A DNA stretch of 33,744 bases from a bacterium (GTDB taxonomy: Bacteria > Babelota > Babeliae > Babelales > JAUWHS01). Positions within the stretch are counted from its first letter, which is position 1. Each line of letters begins with the position of its first letter. The notes under the pieces are model-generated. The model ran no database searches. It was not told the origin of the DNA and worked only from the letters and a program-made list of their open reading frames with translations. Below are positions 1 to 9,896 of this stretch, piece after piece. The DNA is taken from NCBI GenBank assembly GCA_043818275.1, contig JBDRFY010000073.1, forward strand, positions 1-33,744. The letters are read 5' to 3'. The position numbers and the translations under genes are program-made.

Positions 1-137
1 AGCCTGATACATCCATCCTCCGAGCTTCATCCAGTTCGTTACCTCTCTGAATGTCGAATTCTGTTCTTGACGGTTGGCTAGACCTTGTCAAGATCGGATT
101 TGCACCGATTTATTAACATGCGCTTCGCTTGGCACAC
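1..137 (-). mobile_element. Probable group II intron, 5' end (domain I), continuing past the left edge of the window
   Basis: Minus strand begins GTGTG (GUGYG consensus) at 137. It continues ATCGG-TGCAAAT-CCGAT hairpin, CTTGAC...AAGG.CTAGCCAACC...GTCAAG stem, TTCAG...GGTAAC...CTGGA stem, TGAAGC and CAGGC. This order resembles domain I of bacterial group II introns. Domain V and the RT ORF are not in the window. Confidence 0.7.
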
Positions 138-1171
138 TCATTTTCAACTCCTTTTAATTTAACCAAATCAAAATCAAATTTTATCGGTTGACCAAATTTA
201 ACAATATTTAAATTTTTACCTTTTAAAAATTGCTCATTTTCAGACCACCATTTTTTTAAACGTTTTATAGGATCATCAAAATGATCAAAGGCTATTCTGA
301 ACGTTCCCCAGTGCATTGGAATAAAACTGTGGGCATTCAAATCTAAAAACGCCTGTCCGGCCTGCTCGGAACTTACATGCGAGTGAATCACCATTTCTTC
401 AGGTTCATTTGGACCAATTGGCATTAACACCACATCTATTTTTTTAAATTTTTCGCCGATTCTTTTAAAATGATTATCATAAGCGCTATCACCCGCAAAA
501 TAAATTTTATAACCATTAAATTCTATCATCCAGCTACCCCACAAGGATGTGTTCATATCGAAAAGACCTCTTGTAGACCAATGAAATGCTGGTAAAAAAT
601 GAAAAGATATTTCATCTGAATTAAAATCATTTAAAAAGAAAGTCTTCTTGTTATCCCATTTAAATTCCATAACTTTTTCTATTTTTAATTTATTAAACCA
701 TCGCTTATTTCCCTGAGGAATAAGAAAAACTGGATCATATTTTTTAGTCACATATCTTACAGCGTTTATCTCAAGATGGTCTCTGTGATTATGAGAAATT
801 AAAACATAGTCAATTTTAGGTAAATCATTCAAACTAATTCCTGGTGGAAAATTTCTATTAAAACCAAGACCCAGATTCCCAAAAACAGGATCAGTTAAAA
901 TATTTACATTACCTATCTGAATCAAAAAAGTTGCCTGACCAACCCATGTGATAATTGGCTCAAAACTTTTTTCTATTGGTTTTTTATTGCAAATCCATTC
1001 ATCTTTTATGGCGGGAGTAAAAACAAATTTTCTGTTATCCTTTACAAACCGGCTACGCATTATCGCCAAAAAAGATTGTCCGATACTTTTAAAATATTTT
1101 TTAAAATATGTTTTTCTGCTTTCATTAGAATGATTAAAATAATAACCATCTTTAAAAAAATATCTTTGCAT
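113..1171 (-). CDS. MBL-fold metallo-hydrolase (NAPE-PLD/RomA-like)
   Basis: Motifs TDPVF, SHNHRDH, PAFHWSTRG, FAGDS, PIG and PMHWGTF. Start moved to MQRY (1171) behind AGGGAA. The last codons (CAKRSAC*) lie inside the putative intron. Confidence 0.9.
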   Translation of the reverse strand: MQRYFFKDGYYFNHSNESRKTYFKKYFKSIGQSFLAIMRSRFVKDNRKFVFTPAIKDEWICNKKPIEKSFEPIITWVGQATFLIQIGNVNILTDPVFGNLGLGFNRNFPPGISLNDLPKIDYVLISHNHRDHLEINAVRYVTKKYDPVFLIPQGNKRWFNKLKIEKVMEFKWDNKKTFFLNDFNSDEISFHFLPAFHWSTRGLFDMNTSLWGSWMIEFNGYKIYFAGDSAYDNHFKRIGEKFKKIDVVLMPIGPNEPEEMVIHSHVSSEQAGQAFLDLNAHSFIPMHWGTFRIAFDHFDDPIKRLKKWWSENEQFLKGKNLNIVKFGQPIKFDFDLVKLKGVENECAKRSAC

Positions 1172-1179
1172 AAAATTCC

Positions 1180-2277
1180 CTATATTATAACTCCACAACC
1201 TAAACAAATTTCATCATCATAAAAAACAGCAAATTGCCCTGGAGCTATTCCCTGATCTCTTTTATCGATCCTTACAATTCCTAAATTTTCATTTTCAAAA
1301 TTCAATTCACAATTATAAAATTGCTCTCCATGCCTTACTTTTACTTGTAAATTGTTCTTATCAGGCTTTTGACCTGAAATCCAGTTAAAATTTGAAACAT
1401 TAAAAGTATCCCGCGCTTTATCTGATGAAAAATAATTTTTGGAAATATAAACAATATTTTTGGCCGTATCTTTGTCTACTACATACCAGGGACCGCCCGA
1501 AAGACCAATTCCTTTTCGTTGCCCAATCGTGTAATACCAAAAGCCTTCATGTTCACCAATAATTTTTCTTGTTTCAAATTCAATCAAATTACCTTTTTTA
1601 ATACCCAAATGATGTTTCAAAAATTCGTCATATTTAATTTTTCCCAAAAAACAAATTCCCTGACTGTCTTTTCTTTGTTTTGTTGCTAAATCAAATTTTT
1701 CAGCCAAAACTCTCACCTCAGATTTTAAAAGATTTCCAATTGGAAACATAGCCCGCGCAAGCTGTTTCTGATTTAGAAGCGATAAAAAATAAGTCTGATC
1801 TTTAACTTTATCTTTTGCTTTTTTTAATAAAAATTTTCCATTAATTTTCTTTTCCCCTGAGGGGAACCCGCCGAAGCCTTGTGCGAAGGCTGGGCTAACT
1901 TGAGCGTAATGACCTGTTGCAACATGCTCAAAACTCGGATCAATTTTATCGAAAAAAGCTCCAAACTTAATTTGTTGATTACAAAATAAATCAGGACTTG
2001 GAGTGCGACCATTTTTTACTTCATTAATTGCATAAGAAACAACAGATGACCAATATTCTTTTTGCAAAGAAAGAACCTGAAATGGAACATTTAATTGCTC
2101 ACAAACTTTTTCAACATATTCCAAATCTTGTCTCCAGGGACATTCACCCAAATGAGACAATTCTTCTTCTAACCAAATCTTTAAATAAAAGGCGGTAATA
2201 TTATGTCCCTGATCTTTTAATAATTTTAAAGAAACAGAGCTATCAACCCCACCAGAAAATAATACGGCTATTTTCAT
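1180..2277 (-). CDS. mnmA: tRNA 2-thiouridine(34) synthase MnmA, with a 14-aa palindrome-derived insertion
   Basis: Motifs SGGVDS, PDLFCN, ATGHYA, KDQTYFL, DSQGICF, YTIGQRKG and APGQFAVFY. Start taken at MKIAVL. Confidence 0.97.
   Translation of the reverse strand: MKIAVLFSGGVDSSVSLKLLKDQGHNITAFYLKIWLEEELSHLGECPWRQDLEYVEKVCEQLNVPFQVLSLQKEYWSSVVSYAINEVKNGRTPSPDLFCNQQIKFGAFFDKIDPSFEHVATGHYAQVSPAFAQGFGGFPSGEKKINGKFLLKKAKDKVKDQTYFLSLLNQKQLARAMFPIGNLLKSEVRVLAEKFDLATKQRKDSQGICFLGKIKYDEFLKHHLGIKKGNLIEFETRKIIGEHEGFWYYTIGQRKGIGLSGGPWYVVDKDTAKNIVYISKNYFSSDKARDTFNVSNFNWISGQKPDKNNLQVKVRHGEQFYNCELNFENENLGIVRIDKRDQGIAPGQFAVFYDDEICLGCGVII
1855..1896 (+). repeat. Family A GC-rich palindrome plus small hairpin, in frame within mnmA
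   Basis: CCCGCC-GAA-GCCTTGTGC-GAA-GGCTGGG (1867-1894) next to TTCCCC-TGA-GGGGAA (1852-1866). Encodes SPAFAQGFGGFPSG in MnmA. Confidence 0.85.
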
Positions 2278-2346
2278 AAACTCATTTCTTATATAAACAA
2301 ACAATTAATTAAAATGAAAATATAACATAATAGAGCTAAAATATGA

Positions 2347-2373
2347 AAAGGGCCCATCATAAATAGGCCCTTT
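2347..2373 (-). terminator. Probable intrinsic terminator of the nupC-like gene
   Basis: AAAGGGCC...GGCCCTTT inverted repeat just past the stop codon, followed by a T-run on the minus strand. Confidence 0.6.
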
Positions 2374-2381
2374 ATAAGGAT

Positions 2382-3629
2382 TTAAATCAATAAAGCGGCA
2401 ATAGCGGCATTTAATAAATTAACCAAAGTCCCGCCAAGAAGCGCCTTTAATCCCAATCTGGTCAATAATGGCCTTTGTTCAGGGCAAAGAGCTCCAACCC
2501 CGCCAATTAATATTCCAATAACTGAAAAGTTAGACATTCCACAAAGAGCATATGTCATAATAACTTGAGTTCTTTGTGAAATATTTTCTGCTAGAAAATT
2601 AATGTAAGCAATAAACTCATTCAAAACTATTTTTTGCCCTAACAAAGTTCCAGCTACTGCGCTATCAGTTTTCGACACTCCAATCAAATATGTAATTGGA
2701 GAAAAAACTTTCGCAAAAACCATATCAAGGGTATAAGGATTCGTGAATAACCCAAATGAAGTAGCCTTTACTAGTAAAAAATCAACCATAGCAATTAGGC
2801 TTATAAAAGAAATAAGCATCGCGCCAATATTTAGCGCCAAACTTAAACCATCAGTTGTTCCAACGGAAATAGCATCCAAAATATTTGCAGTTGTTCTTGT
2901 GCCATCCATTTTCATTCCGGTTGATGTTTGGGGTATACCTGTTTCCGGAACCAAAATTTTAGCTATCAAAATTGAACCCGGAATTGAGATTACACTTGCA
3001 GCTAATAAATGAATCTCAGGTATTCCAATTGCGCCATAAATAGCAATCAAAGAAGCGTTAAGAGTAGACATTCCTGCAACCATAACTAAAAATATTTCAG
3101 ATTCGGTCATACCTTTTAAATAATTTTTTACAAGAAGAGGCGCTTCTGTTGGCCCGAGCATGCTATTTCCAACAGCGCATAAAGTTTCAGCGCCAGAAGT
3201 TTTTAATAATGGACGAATAAGAAAAGAAATAATTTTCACAAAAAATTGTATAACTTTTAAATGATGCAGCAATGACATTAACGCGCCAAAAAATACTATT
3301 GCCGCTACAACTTTAACCGCAAAAATATATCCCCATGGTCCAGCTTCATTTACCAGGCCGCCAAAAACAAATTCCAACCCTTTATTTGCAAATGAATAAA
3401 CTTTTACAAAACCTTTAGCCAAATATTTAAATGTCGAATACCCAATGTTTGTTTTTAAAATAAAAACTGCAAATAAAAATTGAATAATTAACGCGTTAAT
3501 CATTGATTTGTAATTAATACGCTTTTTGTTATTCGAAAAAATAAAAGCTATAAGAAAAATAAAAAGAATAGAAAGAATTGTAAGATAATGATCATCCTGA
3601 ACCAAATATGATTTTATCCAATTAAACAT
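2382..3629 (-). CDS. NupC/CNT-family nucleoside transporter
   Basis: Multi-TM protein with CNT motifs FVFGGL, IVFFGALMSLL, TSGAE, TEAPLLVK, AMLISFISL, KIVLNEFIAY and YALCG. Confidence 0.93.
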   Translation of the reverse strand: MFNWIKSYLVQDDHYLTILSILFIFLIAFIFSNNKKRINYKSMINALIIQFLFAVFILKTNIGYSTFKYLAKGFVKVYSFANKGLEFVFGGLVNEAGPWGYIFAVKVVAAIVFFGALMSLLHHLKVIQFFVKIISFLIRPLLKTSGAETLCAVGNSMLGPTEAPLLVKNYLKGMTESEIFLVMVAGMSTLNASLIAIYGAIGIPEIHLLAASVISIPGSILIAKILVPETGIPQTSTGMKMDGTRTTANILDAISVGTTDGLSLALNIGAMLISFISLIAMVDFLLVKATSFGLFTNPYTLDMVFAKVFSPITYLIGVSKTDSAVAGTLLGQKIVLNEFIAYINFLAENISQRTQVIMTYALCGMSNFSVIGILIGGVGALCPEQRPLLTRLGLKALLGGTLVNLLNAAIAALLI

Positions 3630-3724
3630 AACAAATTACTCCTCAAAAAAAATAAGTGTTACAACAACTACGCTGTAACACTTTAATAAAAATTTTAGAT
3701 ATTGAAAAATTTATGAAAAATAAA

Positions 3725-3752
3725 ATTAATTTTCCAGCAAACTTTTTTGATG
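3725..3752. repeat. 28-bp direct repeat: duplicate of the prfA 3' end (att-like)
   Basis: ATTAATTTTCCAGCAAACTTTTTTGATG is identical to 4221-4248. Confidence 0.9.
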
Positions 3753-3834
3753 CCACAAAAATATATTCCTATACAAAAAAACACAAAAAAAAGATATTAA
3801 AATGGCACGTGAAAGATTAAAACAATTAATATAA
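3751..3834 (+). pseudogene. C-terminal remnant of a RelE/HigB-like toxin
   Basis: The frame reads ...FLYKKTQKKDIKMARERLKQLI*, resembling RelE/HigB/Gp49 toxin C-termini. No N-terminal part is present. It lies directly upstream of an XRE-HTH gene. Confidence 0.55.
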
Positions 3835-3904
3835 AATTAATAAATTCTAGCAAAAAAAATTACCGATATAAAAAAGGAAAAAAAGGAGAGAAAGGATAAT
3901 AAAA

Positions 3905-4213
3905 ATGAAACGTAAAAATTTTAAAAAATACATTGAAAAACGATTAACCAAAAGTGAAATTACAAAAATTGAACGTCAGGCAAAACTAGAAAAAAACGCT
4001 TTAAAAAATTTACAACAAGATATAACAAGCTTGTTAAGCAACTATATGAAAAAAGAAAAAATTGGATTTAATGAATTAGTTCGTCGTTTAAATGTAAGTC
4101 CTTCACACATCGCAAAAATTCAAAGAGGTGAAGCCAATTTAACATTATCAAGTTTAGCGCGTATTTCCTCTGTTCTTAATTTTTCTCCAAATTTAACGTT
4201 CTCAGACAAATAA
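3905..4213 (+). CDS. XRE-family HTH protein, HigA-like antitoxin
   Basis: C-terminal HTH_3 pattern IGFNELVRRLNVSPSHIAKIQRGEANLTLSSLARI. Strong AAGGA RBS. Confidence 0.85.
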   Translation: MKRKNFKKYIEKRLTKSEITKIERQAKLEKNALKNLQQDITSLLSNYMKKEKIGFNELVRRLNVSPSHIAKIQRGEANLTLSSLARISSVLNFSPNLTFSDK

Positions 4214-4220
4214 TAATTTT

Positions 4221-4248
4221 ATTAATTTTCCAGCAAACTTTTTTGATG
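4221..4248. repeat. 28-bp direct repeat overlapping the last 9 codons of prfA
   Basis: Identical to 3725-3752. Confidence 0.9.
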
Positions 4249-5286
4249 TCTTTGCGCGACATCCCATTCAATTAATGGATCAATTAAATCATCGAGATTA
4301 CCTTGTAAAACTATATCCAATTTTTTCAAAGTTAAATTAATTCTGTGATCAGTTATGCGATTTTGAGGAAAATTATAAGTCCTGACTTTTTCCGCGCGCT
4401 GCCCCATGCCAACTTGTTCTTTTCTTGAAGCCCCCATTTCTGCTTCTTTTCTTTCTTGCTCAGCTTCCAACAAACGCGCGCGCAAAACTTTCATCGCCTT
4501 GGCTTTATTTTTTATTTGCGAACGTTCGTCCTGACACGAAACAACAACTCCTGTTGGAATATGTGTAATTCTTACCGCTGAATCAGTTGTATTAACATGT
4601 TGTCCGCCAGCGCCACTTGCTCTAAAAACATCAATTCGTAAATCTTGAGGATTTATATCAAAATCAACTTCATCAACTTCAGGCAGCACTGCGACTGTTA
4701 CTGTAGATGTATGAATTCTTCCGGAAGCTTCTGTTTTTGGAACCCGCTGCACCCTGTGAACACCAGATTCAAATTTTAAATGTTTATAAACATTTTTACC
4801 TTTAATGTGCAAAATTATTTCTTTAAAACCACCAACTTCTGTTGAATGAGAATCTACAACAGAAACTTCCCAACCTTTGCTTAAAGCATAATTGGTATAC
4901 ATCTTTAACAAATCACCCGCAAATAAAGATGCTTCTTGTCCACCGGCTCCGGCGCGAATTTCCAAAAAAGCTGCTCTTTCATCCTTTTCATCCGCAGGAT
5001 ATAAAAGCTCTTCCAATTCCTGATTTAATTTTTTTAATTTCTTTTGATCAGTTTCAATTTCTTCCTCAAAAAGAACTTTCATTTCATCATCGGCTTGCAT
5101 TAACTGCTTTTTATTATCAGTTATGTTTTTTTCTAATTCGATAATACGCTCATAAACATCCAGTAATTCTGAAAATTGCGTAAATCTTCTTTGTAATTCT
5201 TTTCGTTCTTTTTTATCTAAGGAAGAATCTGAAAGCTTTTGTGATAACACTTCGTATTCTTTTTTAACCAATTCCCAATCAATCAT
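4222..5286 (-). CDS. prfA: Peptide chain release factor 1
   Basis: GAGGQHVN (GGQ), PKT (the RF1 PxT motif), [11 protein letters not shown] and RTYNFPQNR. Confidence 0.98.
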   Translation of the reverse strand: MIDWELVKKEYEVLSQKLSDSSLDKKERKELQRRFTQFSELLDVYERIIELEKNITDNKKQLMQADDEMKVLFEEEIETDQKKLKKLNQELEELLYPADEKDERAAFLEIRAGAGGQEASLFAGDLLKMYTNYALSKGWEVSVVDSHSTEVGGFKEIILHIKGKNVYKHLKFESGVHRVQRVPKTEASGRIHTSTVTVAVLPEVDEVDFDINPQDLRIDVFRASGAGGQHVNTTDSAVRITHIPTGVVVSCQDERSQIKNKAKAMKVLRARLLEAEQERKEAEMGASRKEQVGMGQRAEKVRTYNFPQNRITDHRINLTLKKLDIVLQGNLDDLIDPLIEWDVAQRHQKSLLEN

Positions 5287-5309
5287 TGAAAAACCTCTAA
5301 AAAGCTAGA

Positions 5310-5344
5310 AAAGAGGCGCGCATTTAATTATTGCGCGCCTCTTT
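5310..5344 (-). terminator. Intrinsic terminator-like hairpin between rpmE and prfA
   Basis: AAAGAGGCGCGCA / TGCGCGCCTCTTT 13-bp perfect stem. Confidence 0.75.
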
Positions 5345-5362
5345 AAAACTAAATCAAAATAG

Positions 5363-5590
5363 TTACTTGCCTTTTTTCTTGGCTGCCTTTTTATTTTTTG
5401 CATAACGTTGCTCAAACTTATCTATTCTTCCTGCTATATCAATAAATTTTTGTTGTCCAGTAAAGAATGGATGACAAGCTGAACAAATATCAACGTGCAC
5501 TTCTTTAGAAGTTGACATTGCTTCAAAAGAATTTCCGCACGCGCATCTAAGAGCAACTTCAAAATTTTCTGGATGAATATCTTTTTTCAT
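5363..5590 (-). CDS. rpmE: 50S ribosomal protein L31 (zinc-binding type)
   Basis: [21 protein letters not shown] and GRIDKF. Confidence 0.97.
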   Translation of the reverse strand: MKKDIHPENFEVALRCACGNSFEAMSTSKEVHVDICSACHPFFTGQQKFIDIAGRIDKFEQRYAKNKKAAKKKGK

Positions 5591-5602
5591 AAGAAAGCAC
5601 CT

Positions 5603-6619
5603 TTACTTCATATCTTTTTTGTGTTGTTGATATTTATCTTTTAATTCCTTAATTATTTCAACAGGAATAGGATCAACACCACGATGTTTGCCTAGATAAT
5701 AAGACGCAAAATCAGACCATAAAATCATATTAAACAACTGACTTTCCCAAGTATCTCCTAAAAGTGGTGGTTTGTAAAGCTCGATCCCTCTTTCTTCCAA
5801 AATTTGACACATTGAATCAATCGCAATGTCCATGGAAGAAATTACAAAATCTGAATAAAATAAAACCACCAATGTTTTTTTCTTACAATCTGAAAACCCA
5901 ACCAATAAATTATGCGCTAATTCTGGAAAAACCGAATAAACAGCAGCTACCTTACTATTCTCATTAAATTGAGTTGCTGCCCTATATGCGAAAGCCGCAC
6001 TACCATTACTTACTCCCCAAACATGAAAAAATTCTTTATCACCAACACAGTTAATAAATTCTTTAAAATAAGTCTCATCTTCAAGTTTGGGTAAAAACAT
6101 ATCTGTATTTTTCAGCATTGTTTCAACTATTGCTTTCCCCTCAGGCAAAATCTCCATCAATTCAAACAAGGTCAATAAAAAACCCAGACAATTTCCCAGA
6201 GAAAAACGAGGTTGAATAACCTCAGGCAACAAAACAAAAGGAATGTTTTCTTTTTCAGCAATTTCTGCCGCTTTACCTCCATGAGTCAACACTACAGTTG
6301 GTATAAATTTTTTAGATAAAACATCCAACGCTTCTATTGTTTCCCATGTATTACCAGAATATGTTACAACAATTGCTAATGTATCTGCATCTATAAAATT
6401 AGGAACAATTGGACCATCAATAACAAAACTTGGAATATTTGTTTTTTGATCTAAAAAAAATTTTACAATCTTGCCCGAAATGCCTGAACCCCCCATACCA
6501 AAAAATGCAATTTTTTTAACATGCTTTGGTAACCGTACGGCATTATTAAAATGAAAATTATGCGCAAGGTCAGAACCATCTTTTATTTTTTGTGGCCATT
6601 TTTTTAATTCGTTAAGCAT
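5603..6619 (-). CDS. SIS-domain bifunctional phosphoglucose/phosphomannose isomerase
   Basis: GMGGSG, YSGNTWET, QPR, QFNENSK and PELAHN. Confidence 0.88.
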   Translation of the reverse strand: MLNELKKWPQKIKDGSDLAHNFHFNNAVRLPKHVKKIAFFGMGGSGISGKIVKFFLDQKTNIPSFVIDGPIVPNFIDADTLAIVVTYSGNTWETIEALDVLSKKFIPTVVLTHGGKAAEIAEKENIPFVLLPEVIQPRFSLGNCLGFLLTLFELMEILPEGKAIVETMLKNTDMFLPKLEDETYFKEFINCVGDKEFFHVWGVSNGSAAFAYRAATQFNENSKVAAVYSVFPELAHNLLVGFSDCKKKTLVVLFYSDFVISSMDIAIDSMCQILEERGIELYKPPLLGDTWESQLFNMILWSDFASYYLGKHRGVDPIPVEIIKELKDKYQQHKKDMK

Positions 6620-6646
6620 TGAAAGGACTCCTCTTGTTTTTCAAAA

Positions 6647-7351
6647 TCACTTTAACGCAACAATAGTTGCCTGCCTATAATCAGTCTTATTGTCCCTGCG
6701 ATAAGAATGAAAATTTTGAGAACAAATTGTGCAAACATTATATTCCATGCGTATATTTTGTAGCAAAACTCCACGATTTAACAACAACCTTTTATTTAAT
6801 TCAACTAGATTAAAAAATAAACCATGTTTCTTAATTAATAAATCAGCCCCAAAACTATAATGTTCCAGATTTTTTTCAAACCCCTGATCAACCTGGTAAC
6901 AACATGCATCTGCGCAAGCTCCAAAATGAATAATTAAATTTTCAGCCTCAATATTAAAAACATCCTTCATATTATCAATAACTTTATCAATAATATCAGC
7001 CACACTTCCCCGCCAACCAGCATGTATAATAGCAACAACAAATTTTACCGGGTCATATAAAATAACCGGCAAACAATCAGCGGTAAGAACTCCAATCCCA
7101 ATGTTGCGTAAATTTGTAATTAAATAGTCACCATTAATTTTGAATAAATTATTTTTTTTTAATTGATCTGGATCTGAAATAATCAAACCCTGATTGCTGT
7201 GAATTTGATTTAGAAAAAATAGACTTTGTAATTTAAGTTGTTCTTTTAATTGAGAAAGATATCTTTTAGTTAACTGATAATCAGATTTTACACAACGATC
7301 CTTTTTATCCCCAAAATAAATCTGATATGAAGAATCGTTGTGTAAAATCAT
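6647..7351 (-). CDS. pgeF: Peptidoglycan editing factor / purine nucleoside phosphorylase YfiH-like
   Basis: QIHS, LTADCLPV, HAGWRG, CCYQV and FHSYRR. Lies downstream of ftsZ. Confidence 0.92.
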   Translation of the reverse strand: MILHNDSSYQIYFGDKKDRCVKSDYQLTKRYLSQLKEQLKLQSLFFLNQIHSNQGLIISDPDQLKKNNLFKINGDYLITNLRNIGIGVLTADCLPVILYDPVKFVVAIIHAGWRGSVADIIDKVIDNMKDVFNIEAENLIIHFGACADACCYQVDQGFEKNLEHYSFGADLLIKKHGLFFNLVELNKRLLLNRGVLLQNIRMEYNVCTICSQNFHSYRRDNKTDYRQATIVALK

Positions 7352-7354
7352 AAA

Positions 7355-8566
7355 TTAAACTTCTGATTGTTTCTGACCTTCAGCTCCAGATTCTTTTCTT
7401 AAAAAAGTTGGTGTATCCATATCCGTCATATCATAATCCTGAAGCTGTTCATTTGATAAACTTTCTGCTTTTAATTCTTTAGCAACGTTTTCCTGAGGTT
7501 GTAAATTGTGTTCTTCTACTTTATCACTTTTTTCTTCTGCTTCAAGAGGAGCTTTTATCTCAACCTGACTTGAAGCAAAATCCTTAATTTCTGCCACATT
7601 ACTTTCCAAACCGGTCGCAATAACAGTAACTTTAATTTCGTCACCCATTTTCTCATCAATTACAGAACCTAAAATTATGTTTGCGTCTTCACTAACCAGA
7701 TCATAAATAACTTGTGCCGCTTCATGAATTTCATGCAAACCTAAATCTTTGTTACCTGTAATGTTAAGAAGAACTCCCTTTGCGCCATTAATTTTAATAT
7801 TTTCAAGCAATGGTGAATTTATTGCTTTCATCGCTGCCTGTTTTGCTCTATCTTCACCGGAAGAAATTCCGCTTCCCATTAATGCCATACCCATATCTTT
7901 CATGATTGTATAAACATCCGCAAAATCAACATTGATGTGTCCGGGATAAGAAATAATATCTGAAATTCCTTTAATTGCCTGCCTTAAAATATCATTTGAT
8001 TTTGCAAACGCATCAAGCATAGAAATTTTAGGATCAACAATTTCAAGTAATCTTTGATTTGGAACAATTATTAATGTATCAACAAATTCTCTTAATCGTT
8101 CAATGGACTCATCTGCGTTTTTTAATCTTTTTTTACCTTCAAATAAAAAGGGTTTAGAAACTATAGCAATTGATAATACACCCTTTTCTTTTGCAGCTTT
8201 GGCAATAACAGGAAGAGCCCCTGAACCGGTTCCGCCACCAAGCCCAGCTGTTAAAAATAAAATATCCGCTTCAGAAATGTGTTCCATTATTGAAGATAAA
8301 TCTTCTTCAGCCGCGCGCTTGCCAACATCCGGATCAGAACCGGCACCAAGACCTTTAGTAATTTTTGCGCCTAATTGAACTTTGTGTTCAGCGCAAGACA
8401 TTTGTAATGCCTGGCTATCAGTATTTGCAACAACAAATTCTACACTTTCCAGATCGCTAGAGTTAATCATACTGTTAACAGCATTGCCTCCTGCCCCACC
8501 AACCCCTAAAACCTTCAACTTTGCGCCGGATTTAAATTTATTTTCTTCAGTATTTAATTCTATCAT
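7355..8566 (-). CDS. ftsZ: Cell division protein FtsZ
   Basis: GVGGAGGNAV, GGGTGSG, NVDFADV and the C-terminal peptide DTPTFLRK. Confidence 0.99.
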   Translation of the reverse strand: MIELNTEENKFKSGAKLKVLGVGGAGGNAVNSMINSSDLESVEFVVANTDSQALQMSCAEHKVQLGAKITKGLGAGSDPDVGKRAAEEDLSSIMEHISEADILFLTAGLGGGTGSGALPVIAKAAKEKGVLSIAIVSKPFLFEGKKRLKNADESIERLREFVDTLIIVPNQRLLEIVDPKISMLDAFAKSNDILRQAIKGISDIISYPGHINVDFADVYTIMKDMGMALMGSGISSGEDRAKQAAMKAINSPLLENIKINGAKGVLLNITGNKDLGLHEIHEAAQVIYDLVSEDANIILGSVIDEKMGDEIKVTVIATGLESNVAEIKDFASSQVEIKAPLEAEEKSDKVEEHNLQPQENVAKELKAESLSNEQLQDYDMTDMDTPTFLRKESGAEGQKQSEV

Positions 8567-8636
8567 TCCTATCCCCTTTTTAATTTTCCAGGTTAAAAAA
8601 TTTTAATTTCAGTCACATCCCCTTGCCCCCAAAAAA

Positions 8637-9896
8637 TCAAAAGAAGTCTCCAACCCAGGATCTCATTCTTTTAAATACATTTTTAACTAATGAAACATCA
8701 GAACCATATTCGAATTCCACATTCTTTTTTCTTATCGAATAAAGTAATAAACCATAACCGGTGGAATAAATTGGGCTTTTCAATAAATCCGGAATATTAG
8801 AAGTTGTTTCTTTTGATTCAAAAGATTCTGGCTGACCTATCCGAACCTGCATTTTAAATTTTTTCAACGCAATTTCTTTCATACCAGCCAACAACGAGCC
8901 ACCTCCAGTCAAAACAATTCCAGATGGCATAAAAGATTTTAATTTAAACTTTAAAATTTCATCAAAAAGCAATTCGTAAATTTCTTCAGCCCTGGGATTT
9001 AAAATTTCATACAAAGAATAAGTTTCAATCTTTTTCTTTCCTCCTTCATATTCCAAATTAATTTCAACTTTATCCTTATCAAGATCCAGATAATTTTCTT
9101 CATTTACAAAACCATATAAACGTTTTAATTCTTCAGCCTTTTTAATAGGAATACCAAGGCCAATTGCTAGATCATTTGTAAAATGATTTCCGGCAAAAGG
9201 CAAAACTTTTGTATGAATTATTCTGCTGTCTTTATAAACTGCAAAATCTGATGTTCCTCCACCAATATCCAAAATTCCAACGCCCAACTCTTTTTCTGAT
9301 GAAGAAAGAACCGCTTCTGCTGATGCCAATTGTTCCAAAACTAAATCCTGAACCCTAATCCCTGCAAGTTCACAAGCTCTGATAATATTTTGAGCTGAAG
9401 ATATCGCACCTGTAATTACATGAACCTGGGCCTCAAGTCTTACACCATACATTCCCAAAGAATCCAAAACAAATTCCTGACCGTCAACTCTAAAATACTG
9501 TGGCAAAACATGCAAAACTTCCTGATCCTGAGAAATCGCAACCGCTTTTGCAGATTCTATTACCCTGTCAATATCATCTTGTGTAATTTCCTGACCACGA
9601 ATAGCAACAACTCCGGTTGAATTAAATGATTTTATATGCCCACCGGAAATTCCGATTATTGCACTTTCAATTTTTATACCAGCTATTTTTTCCGCTTCAA
9701 CTACAGCCTTTTTAATTGATGTAACTGTTTTTGCAATATTGACAACAACTCCTTTTTTCAAGCCCTCTGATGGATGTTGTCCAACACCAAGAATTTCTAT
9801 GTTTCCCTTGTAGTCAAGACTGGCAATCAAAACACAAATCTTGGTCGTTCCAATATCAATTGCCACCAAATTTTTATTTAAAAACTTACCAGCCAT
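8637..9896 (-). CDS. ftsA: Cell division protein FtsA
   Basis: DIGTTKI, GLKKGVV, DIGGGTSD and VLTGGGS. Confidence 0.98.
   Translation of the reverse strand: MAGKFLNKNLVAIDIGTTKICVLIASLDYKGNIEILGVGQHPSEGLKKGVVVNIAKTVTSIKKAVVEAEKIAGIKIESAIIGISGGHIKSFNSTGVVAIRGQEITQDDIDRVIESAKAVAISQDQEVLHVLPQYFRVDGQEFVLDSLGMYGVRLEAQVHVITGAISSAQNIIRACELAGIRVQDLVLEQLASAEAVLSSSEKELGVGILDIGGGTSDFAVYKDSRIIHTKVLPFAGNHFTNDLAIGLGIPIKKAEELKRLYGFVNEENYLDLDKDKVEINLEYEGGKKKIETYSLYEILNPRAEEIYELLFDEILKFKLKSFMPSGIVLTGGGSLLAGMKEIALKKFKMQVRIGQPESFESKETTSNIPDLLKSPIYSTGYGLLLYSIRKKNVEFEYGSDVSLVKNVFKRMRSWVGDFF

Noticed and set aside
1..112. Cobalamin riboswitch or tRNA suggested by GGTGCAAATCC
   Set aside because: No cloverleaf or B12-box context; the flanking motifs fit group II intron domain I better.
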